Assembly: GCF_006345805.1 (NCBI RefSeq) | Contig: NW_021832893.1 | Span: 1 to 29,704 of the forward strand | Origin: Octopus sinensis | Taxonomy: Eukaryota | Reading direction: 5' to 3' | Length of the DNA stretch: 29,704 nucleotides | In this document: in pieces, positions 1-12,419 of the stretch | Layout: each line of letters opens with the position of its first letter | How positions within the stretch are numbered: position 1 is the stretch's first letter | The notes under the pieces: model-generated | What the model was told of the DNA's origin: nothing | Databases searched by the model: none | Seen by the model: the letters and a program-made list of their open reading frames with translations, nothing else | Position numbers and translations under genes: made by a program

Positions 1-1245
<1,245 letters not shown>

Positions 1246-1261
1246 TTATATATAAAATACT

Positions 1262-1415
1262 TATTGACAACTTACCGTATTCAGACAAAAACTACAAATC
1301 ACAGACCGATAACTAATTAGTCTAATTAATAATAATGATGTCAATTTCAAAGCACCTTGCACACACAGAAGACAGTAAGTGTATGACGTCATCAAGAGTG
1401 AAAGCACACTGTTTT
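1262..1415 (-). promoter_or_regulatory. Orphan copy of the ZnF-gene promoter, exon 1 and splice donor
   Basis: Close copy of 12030-12180, including TGACGTCA at 1384-1391 and a minus-strand GTAAGT donor (GT at 1275-1274). Confidence 0.6.
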
Positions 1416-1432
1416 GTGGCCGACCGGAATGA

Positions 1433-1865
<433 letters not shown>

Positions 1866-3188
1866 ATGAATGCTCCTTATAAAATATGCTGTCTTCCTCT
1901 AGGTGATGAGAATATCAAAGACACTTCTGAATGTAGAGATTTCCTTCATGTCAACATGTTGTGATATTCTGAAATAGGAAAAGAAGCAGTAAGTTAAAAC
2001 TGGATAGTTGACCAACATAAGTAATTAAACATTGCAGAATTTACATCACTACCATTGTCATGCATTTACTGTCCATGCTTGCATAAGTAGATTGAGTTGG
2101 AAGGTGTTAGAAGCTAATGGGAATGAGCTATAGCCAAAACGAAAATATAGTGGGCATAACATGACCAGAGTAGTGAGTTGATGCCATCCAGAATTTCACA
2201 GAGCAAGTTGCCACAAGTGAAATGGGCTGTTATGAAGTGATCAGAGTTAATGATAAAGAAGCATTGTTACTCGTCTGCCGCCTTTCCGCTAACTAATTAA
2301 AACTCCCACTTCTCTTCATGGATACTGAATTGCCCTCTAGGATCCAAACGAGCCCACCCTGATGGGCTGAAGAATGACATAGCAGACACATGCTATGTGT
2401 CACAACTAAATAGCTTTCCTGACTTGCTACAATATTAAATACTGGCAGAATCACTAAGATGCCGGATTAATTGCTTAACAGCATTTCGTTCGTAAATAGC
2501 TTTGTCAAACTAGAGATTATAGCAATCAGGAATGGGAGTGTGTCTGTGCATTGTTTATTTCTCTTCAATCAGGTACACACTGTGAGGGTGAGTACGATTG
2601 ATCATTTGAGCATCCAGATGCCCCTCCCACCTAACCACGAGTCCCTTCTCTGAAGACCAGCTTGCTAGCTAGCCCACAGTCTGTCAAAACTTGGTGCCTC
2701 AAACGTCTTTCCGTTGAAAAAAAAAATTATTATTATTATCATCATCAACATTAATATTTTATAAACCACAAAAAGTAGAGTCGGCTCATCGAGCAAAACC
2801 CTGACTCCAAATACATCTTACAATTTCATGAGTCCTTCATTAGAAAAAGGGACAACGGTAATTATTCTCTTTCCTCTCGCAGGTGTTACGACCACTCACG
2901 GAAACGGAGACACACGTCTTTGTGAGCAGGAAGGATCTCCTCAGTAGAATCAATAGCTGCAAACCCTCTGAAGACCTCACAGGTTGTGTCCGAGTAGAAT
3001 GGATATAATTCGCCTCTACCCATCTATAGACAGATTTTCTTGTGGGGTGCTTGTAAAGACAAGAACATTACATACGTTGGGGAGACATCTAGAAGCATTG
3101 CAGGGGGATGAAATAAAAATTAGAGGCAGCATGACCACATAACCAGTCCTCCATACTCTACCAAAGATGCTAATATATATATATAGTA

Positions 3189-3300
3189 GGTGCTAGTCGC
3201 GAAGACTGAACCCGGTTTGGGCATCCGCGCTAGCCAGTCGTAGGTAGTCGAACCTACAGCGACTTGCATATGCAAATGAGCTGATTGGCGCAACATTGCA
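3189..3300. mobile_element. Single terminus of a MITE-like element related to 10844-11223
   Basis: Gapless alignment at ~65% identity over ~75 nt with the left terminal repeat of 10844-11223. No second terminus found. Confidence 0.5.
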
Positions 3301-3945
3301 AAAACTTAGTTACTAGCGAGCCCCTACTGAAGCTTAGGAAATATTTTTCAACGATATACGGTGTATATTATTTTAAAGACAATTGCGTTTTTTTTTTCGT
3401 TACAAAGCAATTAGAAGCACTGAAAAAAAAGCAAAACAACCTTAAGGACAGTCAAACATTTTTTTTTCAAAGTAGACCACTACAGGTGACAATTCACTTG
3501 TGTTAACTTTGAATAGCTACGGCAAACTGCAGCATGAAAATTCAAAAGAAAGTTTTAAAAAATTGGCTTAACCCCTCCCCAACAAGGTAATTTTACTGTA
3601 GGCATCAACAGGAAAACCGGTTACTGGTGACAAGCCAACAACGTGGGGTCAGAATTTAGTTGCCAGCCAGATAGAGGAAGGGTAGTACAGTGACAGATCA
3701 CAGACGAAGATAACACTAATTGCCTCGTATGAAATGGTTCAGTGTCAACTTATGAGGCTCCTGTCAACGACCAAGTCACTTCAATGTAAACTTATAGTAA
3801 CCAAATTTCCCCCACGTAGAAATGAAACATTTCTATGAAGTAAAGGGTTACTTTACGTCTGGTTAAAAATAAACTCCTTTGATCAGGTCCGCACGACCAG
3901 GGCAGTGTTGGGACACTTCAGTTTAGAAGTTATTAATTAAGACGA

Positions 3946-4100
3946 GGTACGTTCTGAGTTCAAATTCCGTCGAGGCTGACTTTAACCTTTTATTACTTCT
4001 GGGTCGATAAATTAAGTACCAGTTAAATATTGGAGCCGTTGTAATCGACTATTGACCGCCCTCAAATTTCAGGTCTTGTATCTAAAGAAGAAAATATTAT
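3946..4100 (+). mobile_element. 5'-truncated tRNA-derived SINE (family 2, OK/Meta-like) with 15-bp TSD
   Basis: GTTCAAATTCC B-box-like motif and GGGTCGATAAATTAAGTACCAG core. TSD TATTAWTTAAGACGA at 3931-3945 and 4095-4109. Empty site at 11899-11913. Confidence 0.8.
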
Positions 4101-4433
4101 TTAAGACGAATTAATATATTTTCCTTATATTTTTATGTTTTCGCTTCGAAATGATTACTGTAACATCGAAAGATTCACAGAATTCTACGATTTACAATAT
4201 TATTATTAGTATTATTATCATCATTAAAGCCTTAAAGTAAATCTTTGTCAACTTACCCTGTTCAGATAGAAACTGTGAGTCAGTTAATTAAGCACCTTAA
4301 TTAATAATTGGAGCTTGGTAGTGTAGAAGTTATTTCCCTTTGTATGATTGTATTTCTTGAATTCTCCAATAGATGTCTCTACTGACTGGTTGGATTCGTT
4401 CCAGCATTTTTGTCTGTTCCCTTATTTTAACTA

Positions 4434-4824
4434 CCAGTAGTGTAACCCGGCGTTGCTCGGGTTTGTTTCGACCCTTTAGAATTGGAATTTTTGAAAAGTA
4501 AAGATGTTGCATAATGTAGCTTCTTATTCTCTTTAAGTAAACATTTCTCTGTTTGAAATACACCGAGAAATGTCGACACAACAGTAAAAAAATCGTAAAA
4601 TATAGTGATTTTCATAGAAAAAGAGGCACCTTTTTGATGTAAACTATTTTTGGTGTTAACATGGTCTGATTTGAATTTTATCTTCTACGGAATGAAGAGC
4701 AAGCCATCTTCTATCATACTCTCAATTTTGGTCAACTTGCTCCGCAGGGTCTTGGAGGAGATAGTGTTAGTTGAAGGCTACCAAACCTGCCATACACAGA
4801 CAACTTCAGCTTTATACACAGAGA
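4434..4824 (-). mobile_element. Non-autonomous Helitron
   Basis: On the minus strand: A|TC 5' end, CCCGAGCAACGCCGGG 3' hairpin and CTGG|T end. Mirror of 20978-21373. Confidence 0.75.
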
Positions 4825-5070
4825 TTTCACTTTCAATTCTTTTTTTTTTAATTTTCACCAGGTCATTTTAAGAAAGTTTACTCATATATTCTGTTACAAA
4901 ATACCGGTCCCCTGATACAGGAACCATGCAATTGATTATTGGTGTAATTTATAGAGATTTTCATCTCAAATTGCCCACTGCCGGCCTCAATTTCATTATC
5001 TTCACTGTAGAATATGTTATTTCCTAAATCTATTTCATCATCGTCAACTTCAATGTCGTCACCGTAAGAC

Positions 5071-5739
5071 ATACTCTTTTACTTATTTCAGTCATGTGAC
5101 TGAGGCCATGCTGGAACACCGCCTTTAGTCGAGCAAATCGACCCCGGGACTAATTCTTTGTAAGCCTAGCACTTATTCTATCAGACACTTTTGTCGAACC
5201 GCTAAGATACAGGGACGTAAGCACACCAGCATCAGTTGTCAAGCATTTTTGGGGGGACAAACACAGACACACACACATATATATATATCAAAATAAGCAA
5301 CAAGAATGACTACGGAAATTTGGTACAATAGTTTTACGCTACATCATTTTATTAAATATTGTAAGTATTACAACAGTTTTAAAATGTAGAGCACTCATCA
5401 GCCAATTATAGAAACGATTGCACCAAATTACCAGAGTCATTCTTGTGCTTATTTTGATTATAATCACCCCACAATTTTTTATGGATAACACCATACAAAA
5501 TTCTGGTGCATCTAAATTAAGTACCATATTCATTGGAATCTAAATTTTTACTGAACTTATGTATATATATATATATATATGTATATACATATATTTCCAT
5601 CTCCCAAATCTACACACATGGCTTTAGTCGGCCCGAGGCTATAGTAGAAGACACTTGGCCAAGATGCCACACAGTGGGACTGAACCCGGAATCATGTGGC
5701 TGGTAAGCAAGCTACTTACCACACAGCCACTCCTTAGCC
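5071..5739 (-). mobile_element. tRNA-derived SINE family 1 (OR-like) with an insertion in its central (TA)n
   Basis: Head GGCTAAGGAGTGGCTGTGTGGTAAG and tail AGTAAAAGAGT. Homologous to 7003-7384, 15554-16336, 17284-17666 and 19632-20750. Confidence 0.85.
5287..5458. mobile_element. 172-bp foldback (MITE-like) element
   Basis: ATCAAAATAAGCAACAAGAATGACT at the left end pairs with AGTCATTCTTGTGCTTATTTTGAT at the right end. Imperfect inverted repeat of ~50 bp. Confidence 0.55.
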
Positions 5740-5916
5740 TATAATAATACTAACTTTTTCTATAAACATGCATTCACATCAGGGATTACCTACAACCAAA
5801 CAGTCAAAAAATGCAGACAGGTTTGTTTGTGTGGTAAGGAACTTTCTTTCCAGCCTCATGGTTTGGAGTTCAATCCCAATGCAGAGCACATTGAGCAAGT
5901 GCTTTCAGCTATACCT

Positions 5917-6136
5917 ATTTCTTTATTACCCACAAGGGGCTAAACATAGCGGGGACAAACATAGGTATTAAGTCGATTACATCAACCCTAGTGCATAACT
6001 GGTCCTTAATTTATCGATCCCGAAAGGATGAAGAGCAAAGTTGAACTGTGCAGAATTTGAACTCACAATGTAAGGGCAGCCAAAATACCGCTAAACATTT
6101 CGCCCGACGTGCTAACGATTCTGCCAGCTCGCCGCC
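5917..6136 (-). mobile_element. SINE family 2 with 13-bp TSD
   Basis: TSD TTCAGCTATACCT at 5904-5916 and 6137-6149. Head GGCGGCGAGCTGGCAG. It sits at the end of an older family-1 SINE head (~5820-5905). Confidence 0.85.
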
Positions 6137-6164
6137 TTCAGCTATACCTCGCTTTAACCAAAGT

Positions 6165-6460
6165 CATCATCATTATAATCATTTAATGTCCGTTGTCCAA
6201 GTTGACATGGTTCGGACGGCTTGACCATGACTGGGGGTGATTTGGCATGGTTTCTACTGCTGGATGACCTTATCTAACACCAACCACTCTGCTTTTATGT
6301 GACCTCAGAGTCTGACAGAACTACGAATTTACTTGGCTTCATGGCCTTCACAAGCAAGATATAATACAAAAGGTCTGAGTTATTCATCATTGTCTCTGTG
6401 AGGCCAAACACTTGAAAGGTCCTTCCACACACCATCGACATTAGCTACTTTGCCGCCGTT
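6165..6460 (-). mobile_element. Old RTE-clade LINE 3' end
   Basis: (ATG)n tail, 3' UTR similar to 19821-19960, and a residual FGLTETMMNNSDLL resembling the RTE C-terminus. Mirror at 18750-19025. Confidence 0.55.
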
Positions 6461-6879
6461 CAAGAATTGGAACTGGAGATCGCCATTTCCAATGACTTCA
6501 AGGGCCACCTCCCAGTGGAATCAGGCGTCAACAAAGAGCCCTCGTCTACAAGACGACCAAATTTTTTTGTTTTTTCCAAGGTCTGGGCTCTCCCTCCCCT
6601 AAGCCCTAGACCATCGCCTAATCACCCTTACCCGGAGAAAGAAATACAAAAGGCCTTACCTGTTGACCTAGGTGGGATGAGCAATCACTGTCAAGAAATA
6701 AACATGTCCTTGCATGCTGCTGTCTCTCCTTGAACTTCCTGCCCATGCATGCCCCGTGGCTGTTCCTCCGGCCCCTGCAGTCTTCACTTCTGTCTACCTC
6801 ATCTGCAATCCTCTCCACCAACACCACATAGCTCATCACAGCCCATAACACACCACACTATACATGCTTTCTTCCTCAA

Positions 6880-7720
6880 AATTTTAATGTCTGTGTTCCA
6901 TACAGGCATATGTTGGATAGTTGACCAGAGCTGACAAAGCCATGAGTTGCACCAGTTTCCTTGTCTGATTTGGCTTTTCTACAGCAGAATGCATTTCCTA
7001 ATACTCTTACTCTTGACTCTTTTACTTGTTTCAGTCATTTACTGTGGCCATGCTGGGCACCACCTTTTAGTCGAGCAAATCGACACCAGGACTTATTCTT
7101 TGTAAGCCTAGTACTTATTCTATCAGTCTCCTTTGCTGAACCACTAAGTAATGGGGAGGTGAACGCACCAGCATCGGTTGTCAAGCGATGTTGAGAGGAC
7201 AAACACATATATATATATATATGACGGGCTTCTTTCAGTTTCCGTCTACTGAATCCACTCACAAGGCTTTGGTCAGCCCGAGGCTATAGTAGAAGACACT
7301 TGCCCAAGGTGCCACGCAGGGGGACTGAATCCGGAACCGTGTGGTTGGTACGAAAGCTACTTACCACACAGTCACTCCTATGCCTATGTCAACCCTTTTT
7401 ACAGAGAGCAACTGGGTGTTTGTTTTTATGGGACACCATCACCAGTGCTGCTGAGTTGGCACTAGTACCTGTGCTTATAATATGAGCCCCTTATCCATGC
7501 ATTTTACGTGTCACCACCATCAATGCTTCTTTTTGTGTCATCTCATCACCAGTGCTTGTGATATGGGTCCAGCATCAGCACAATTGCCTTTTTCCTGGGA
7601 CCCTCACCAGCGAATTCTATGTGACAACAAAACTGACATGGTCCTCAAGGACCTTGCAAGACAAAATAGCTGAAAACTGGCAGGGTAGTATTGAAGGGAC
7701 GTCACCTTGTGCCAGTTGAC
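6880..7720 (-). mobile_element. Old RTE-like 3' UTR interrupted by a SINE
   Basis: TTTAATGTC...GTTGGA...GTCTGATTTGGC...TTTCTAC pattern shared with the younger RTE copy. Mirror at ~16930-17790. Confidence 0.45.
7003..7384 (-). mobile_element. SINE family 1, full length
   Basis: Near-identical reverse complement of 17284-17666, with head, central (TA)n and AAGAGT tail. Confidence 0.9.
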
Positions 7721-8151
7721 AGGTTTAAGGTACAAAGGGAACAGGGTCCAGATATAGTGCAAAAAAACAAGCACAAAATAAATATTTTATTCATTATTCT
7801 TTATTAAGAAATTCCTATAACTGATGAAAGGAAAAGCCTGTGTTTTAGCAGACCAATTAGTGTTAATTATTGTTATGACTTAATAAATTTTGACATGAGA
7901 CAGTAACACGTCTCTGTGAATACCACATGTTTATGCATGTGGCTTTTTCGAGAGAATCATTTGCCACACGTCACACTGACATGGCTACTCTCATGTAGGG
8001 ATTCGTTTCATGGACAGTTAAGTTAGGGTCTATGAGAGAATGCTTTAACACAGACACGACCATTACATAGGTTGGTGTCTGGTATGAACATTTTCATGTG
8101 TAGTTACAACACACCATTTGCAAAAAATGAATTACAACAACTAATGCGGGA

Positions 8152-8478
8152 TTATGGCTTCTCTACTGTATGTGTATGTGTGTGTCTATTCAACTGATGC
8201 CTTTGAGAAAATGACTCACCACAGATCTCACAGTGATAAGGTTTCTCACCAGTATGAATGCAATTGTAAGTAACCAAATGACTATTACGAGAGAATGATT
8301 TACCACAATTATCACACTGATAAGGTTTCTCACCAGTATGAATGCGATTGTGAATAACCAATTGACTATTATGAGAGAATGATTTACCACAGATATCACA
8401 ATGATAAGGTTTCTCTCCTGTATGAATGTGTTTGTGATTAGTCAACTGCCTATTACAAGAGAATGATTTGGCACAGAT
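8152..8478 (-). pseudogene. Out-of-frame distal fingers of gene B
   Basis: Four more finger units (CNRQLTNH with Cys->Phe, HNSQLVIH, RNSHLVTY, QRHQLNRH) after a ~11-nt deletion near 8500. Confidence 0.8.
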
Positions 8479-8479
8479 A

Positions 8480-9229
8480 TCAAAATGATAGGGTTTCTCT
8501 CTGCTTATGTTTAGTTAAAACGTTCTTTTTAGAGAATGATTTACCACAGATATCGCAATGATATGGTCTTTCTCCTGTATGAACACGTTTGTGCTTAGTC
8601 AATTGACTCTTAGAAGGGAATAACTTACCACAAATATCACAATGATATGGCTTCTCTCCTGTATGAGTAAGTTTGTGCCTAGTCAAGTGGTTACTTAGAG
8701 AGAATGATTTACCACAGATATCGCAATGATATGGTCTCTCTCCTGTATGAATGCGATTGTGATCAACCAAATTACTATTATGAGAGAATGATTTACCACA
8801 GATATGACAATGATATGGTTTCTCTCCTGTATGTGTAAGTTTGTGGCTACTCAACTGACTACATTGTGAGAATGATTTACCACAGATATCGCAAAGATAT
8901 GGCCTCTCTCCTGTATGAATGCGATTGTGAGTAACCAAACTACTATTACGAGAGAATGATTTACCACAGATCTCACAATGATATGGTTTCTCTCCTGTAT
9001 GTGTACGTATGTGATCAGTCAAGTGAGTGCTTCCAGAGAATGATTTACCACAGATCTCACAATGATATTGCTTCTTTCCCGTATGTGTACGTTTGTGTCT
9101 AACAATGTCACTACTGTAAGAAAATGATTTTCCACAGATATTCCAGTGATATGGCTTTTCTTCTTTGTCAAGATTTTCTGATTCAGTTAAATTATTCATT
9201 TTGAGAGAATTACTTATCATACACTTCAC
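8480..9229 (-). CDS. C2H2 zinc-finger protein, copy B (6 intact fingers plus degenerate first and last)
   Basis: 249-aa ORF of CxxC-x12-H-x3-H units with TGEKPY/TGERPY linkers and a short leader [17 protein letters not shown]. Inferred intron 12039-9496. AATAAA motifs at 7805-7800 and 7791-7786. Confidence 0.85.
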   Translation of the reverse strand: MKCMISNSLKMNNLTESENLDKEEKPYHWNICGKSFSYSSDIVRHKRTHTGKKQYHCEICGKSFSGSTHLTDHIRTHTGEKPYHCEICGKSFSRNSSLVTHNRIHTGERPYLCDICGKSFSQCSQLSSHKLTHTGEKPYHCHICGKSFSHNSNLVDHNRIHTGERPYHCDICGKSFSLSNHLTRHKLTHTGEKPYHCDICGKLFPSKSQLTKHKRVHTGERPYHCDICGKSFSKKNVLTKHKQRETLSF

Positions 9230-10264
9230 AATGATAAAGTGTTTTTCATTTCCATGAATACATTTCTGTTCACTTTTGTCACTTCATTCAGATAACAATT
9301 TAATGCAATGTTTCTTCCATACATTCCACAGAATGAAAAATATTCCGCTGTCTCTTGTTATAGACTGTATTTATATACAGAGGTAGATTTATTCATGAAT
9401 GCTCCTTACAAATATACTGTCTTCCTTTAGGTGATGAGAATATCAAAGACACTTCTGAATAGAGAGATTTCCTTAACGTCAAATGTTGTGATATTCTGAA
9501 ATAGGAAAATAAGCAGTAAGATAAAACTGGATTGTTGCCAACATAAGTAATTCAACATTACAGATTTTATATCACTACCATTGTCATGCATTTACTGTCC
9601 ATGCTTGCTAAGTAGATTGAGTTGGAAGGGGTGTTAGAAGCTAATGGGAATGGAGCTAGCAAAACGATAATATAGTGGGCATAACATGACCAGAGTAGTG
9701 AGTTGATGCCATCCAGAATTTCACAGAGCAAAGTTGCCACAAGTGAAATGGGCTGTTTATGAAGTGATCAGAGTTAATGATAAAGAAGCATTGTTACTTG
9801 TCTGCCGCCTTTCCGCTAACTAATTAAAACTCCCACTTCTCTTCATTGGCACTGAATTGCCCTCTAGGATCCATACGTGCCCACCCTGATGGGCTGGAGA
9901 ATGTCATAGCAGAACAGTGCTATGGTGTGACAACTAAAATAGCTTTCCTGACTTGCTACAATATTAAATACTGCAGAATCACTAAGATGCCGGATTAATT
10001 GCTTAACAGCATTTCGTTCGTAATAGCTTTGTCAAACTAGAGATAAAAGCAATCAGGAATGGGAGTGTGTCTGTGCATTGTTTATTCTCTTCAATCAGGT
10101 ACACACTGTGAGGGCGAGTACGATCAATCATTTGAGCATCCAGATGCCCCTCCCACCTAACCACAATCCCTTCTCTGAACACCAGATTGCTAGCTAGCCC
10201 ACAGTGAAGGTCCCTCTTTATATTTCGTCTGTCATAAGTTGGTGCCCCAAACGTCTTTCCTTTC

Positions 10265-10385
10265 AAAGCATGACTTCCACTGAGGTCGACTTTCATCCTT
10301 TCGAAGTAAATAAAATAAGCAGTAGAGCACTCGAGTCCCTGAAATTAACTCGTCCCCTTTCTACAAATTTCAGGTTTTGTAATTA
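10265..10385 (+). mobile_element. SINE family 2 fragment in the intron of B
   Basis: GAGGTCGACTTTCATCCTTTCG core. Absent from the paralogous position in A' (~2710). Confidence 0.6.
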
Positions 10386-10843
10386 AAAATACAAAAAGAA
10401 AAATCATTATTATTATTATCATCAACATTAATATTTTATAAACCCCAAAAAGTAGTCGGCTCATGGAGCAAAATCCTGACTGCAAATACATCTTACAATT
10501 TCATGAGTCCTTTATTAAAAAAAGGGACAATGGTAATTATTCTCCTTCCTCTCGCAGGTGTTACGACCACTCACGGAAACGGAGACACACGTCTTTGTGA
10601 GCAGAAGGATCTCCTCAGTAGAATCAATAGCTGCAAACCATCTGAACACCTCACAGGTTGTGTCCGGGTAGAATGGATATAATTCGCCTCTACTCATCTA
10701 TAGACAGAGATTTTCTTGTGGGGTGTGCTTGTAAAGACAAGAACATTACATACGTTGGTGTGACATCTAGAAGCATTGCAGGGGGATGAAATAAAAATTA
10801 GAGGCAGCATGACCACATAACCAGTCCTCCATACTCTACCAAA

Positions 10844-11223
10844 GGTACTACTCAAAAAGAATGGTCCCGGTGCGCGCACTCGTGCTAGTCCGTCGTGACT
10901 GGTCGATCCGTCAACGACTACCTAACGCGAGTACGCAAATTAACAGATGCGCGTATAATAATATATGTATATAATGGCTGAATATATATCAAATAAAATG
11001 GGTTTTGCCTTAAACAAAGTAAATAAAAGACTCAACAAAAGAAATTACTTACTTTGTGTTTTATTTTCTTTGTTTAAAAAAAGTTATTTGTTAAAAAAAA
11101 AACCTCATACATGTCTAGCGCAGGCGAGTGTGATTTTTAGTCGCGCACTCGCGTTACGTAATCTTTGTAAGATCGACAAGTCACGACTAGCTAGCACCGG
11201 GACCACGCTTGTAGAAAAGTACC
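10844..11223. mobile_element. MITE-like element with imperfect GGTAC-starting TIRs
   Basis: Left GGTACT...TGGTCCCGGTGC...GTCGTGACTGGTCGATC pairs with right GATCGACAAGTCACGAC...GCACCGGGACCA...AGTACC. AT-rich interior, no TSD visible. Confidence 0.65.
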
Positions 11224-12039
11224 CATATGTATAAGCATAAATACATATATTAATAAAAGAATTACTTACATAATCCAAATGTCCGTAGTATATATATATA
11301 CATGTATGTATAAGCATAAATACCTATATGTATATACGTGTATATTCATGCAAGCTGCCGCATACAGACACATGCACAGCAACAAACAAAAAGAAACAGC
11401 TCCAATAATGGACATGGTCAAGAACCAGTGAAGAGGTTGCAAGAATTAAGGAATATTTTAGAAAATAAATAAATGAACGGTCCTCAAAAGTAACCCCCGA
11501 ATTGTTTTCCCCCAAAATTCCTACCTTCTCGGAATCTATATCGTCCGAGGTATATTTGTAGAAAATTCATTTAAAAATATAACATTTCTTGAAAGTTAAG
11601 AAGAATTGAAGTTCACGCGCCGCTGAATTTTCCAAAACTCCTCACACCAAAAGCACTTTCCTACAAATTTTTGTATATTCGGAACTACGTACTATAACAA
11701 ATATTCGTAGAATATTTAATTAAGTTACGATCATCCAAAGTGGTGGGGCATGAATCTGTAGTTATGCCGCTTCTCCGTTCGTTTTTACTCGTTAATCAAA
11801 CGTTTTCTTCTCATTTTACAAATAAATTTCCTCTATATCACATCTAACAGCCGATAATAGGTTTCAGAAACAACAAACCAACATTTCAGTTTGGAAGTTA
11901 TTATTTAAGACGAGGGAATATATTTTCCTAAAGTTTTTATGTTTTCGCTTCGAAATAATTACTGTGACACCGAGAAGTTTACAGAATTCTATTAATTACA
12001 TTGTTATTAGTAGTATTAGTATCATCATTGTCAACTTAC

Positions 12040-12190
12040 CGTATTCAGAGAAAAACTGCGAATCACAGACCGATAATTAATTAGTCTATTTAATAATAAT
12101 GATGTTAATTACAAAGCACCTTGCACACACGGGAAGCCAGTAAGTATATGACGTCATCAAGAGTCAAAGCGCGCCTTCCGGGGCCGATCC
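12040..12190 (-). promoter_or_regulatory. Putative TATA-less promoter and non-coding exon 1 of gene B
   Basis: CRE palindrome TGACGTCA at 12149-12156, ETS-like CCGGAAG on the minus strand (12181-12175), local CpG enrichment, and a GTAAGT donor at 12039. Function is inferred. Confidence 0.5.
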
Positions 12191-12419
12191 ATCAACGGCA
12201 GGAATTATTTCCCTTCATTTCATAGTATTTCTTCCTTCATCTCTGGCCCCGATTTGCTGTCTTACTTCAGATATCTTCTAAAGAGCAAGATGGGGTCGGA
12301 GAGAAAGACCCCTGCCACCGAATGAACGAAAAACGATGGAATTTGTGGAGAAAGGTGGGAACCCAGCTTAATCATTGATAAATCTTTATTATAATCTACG
12401 ATTGTACATAGATTTGGAC

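Noticed and set aside
4330-4615. Conserved-looking ORF pairs (4330-4581/21226-21477, 7035-7262/17406-17630, 7482-7673/16991-17188)
   Set aside because: Conservation reflects the recent inverted duplication of Helitron, SINE and RTE DNA, not coding constraint.
4878-5072. Acidic 64-aa ORF (DDIEVDDDEIDLG)
   Set aside because: The mirror copy at ~20750-20930 has a deletion and a stop, and I recognise no domain. It may be a transposon remnant but cannot be assigned.
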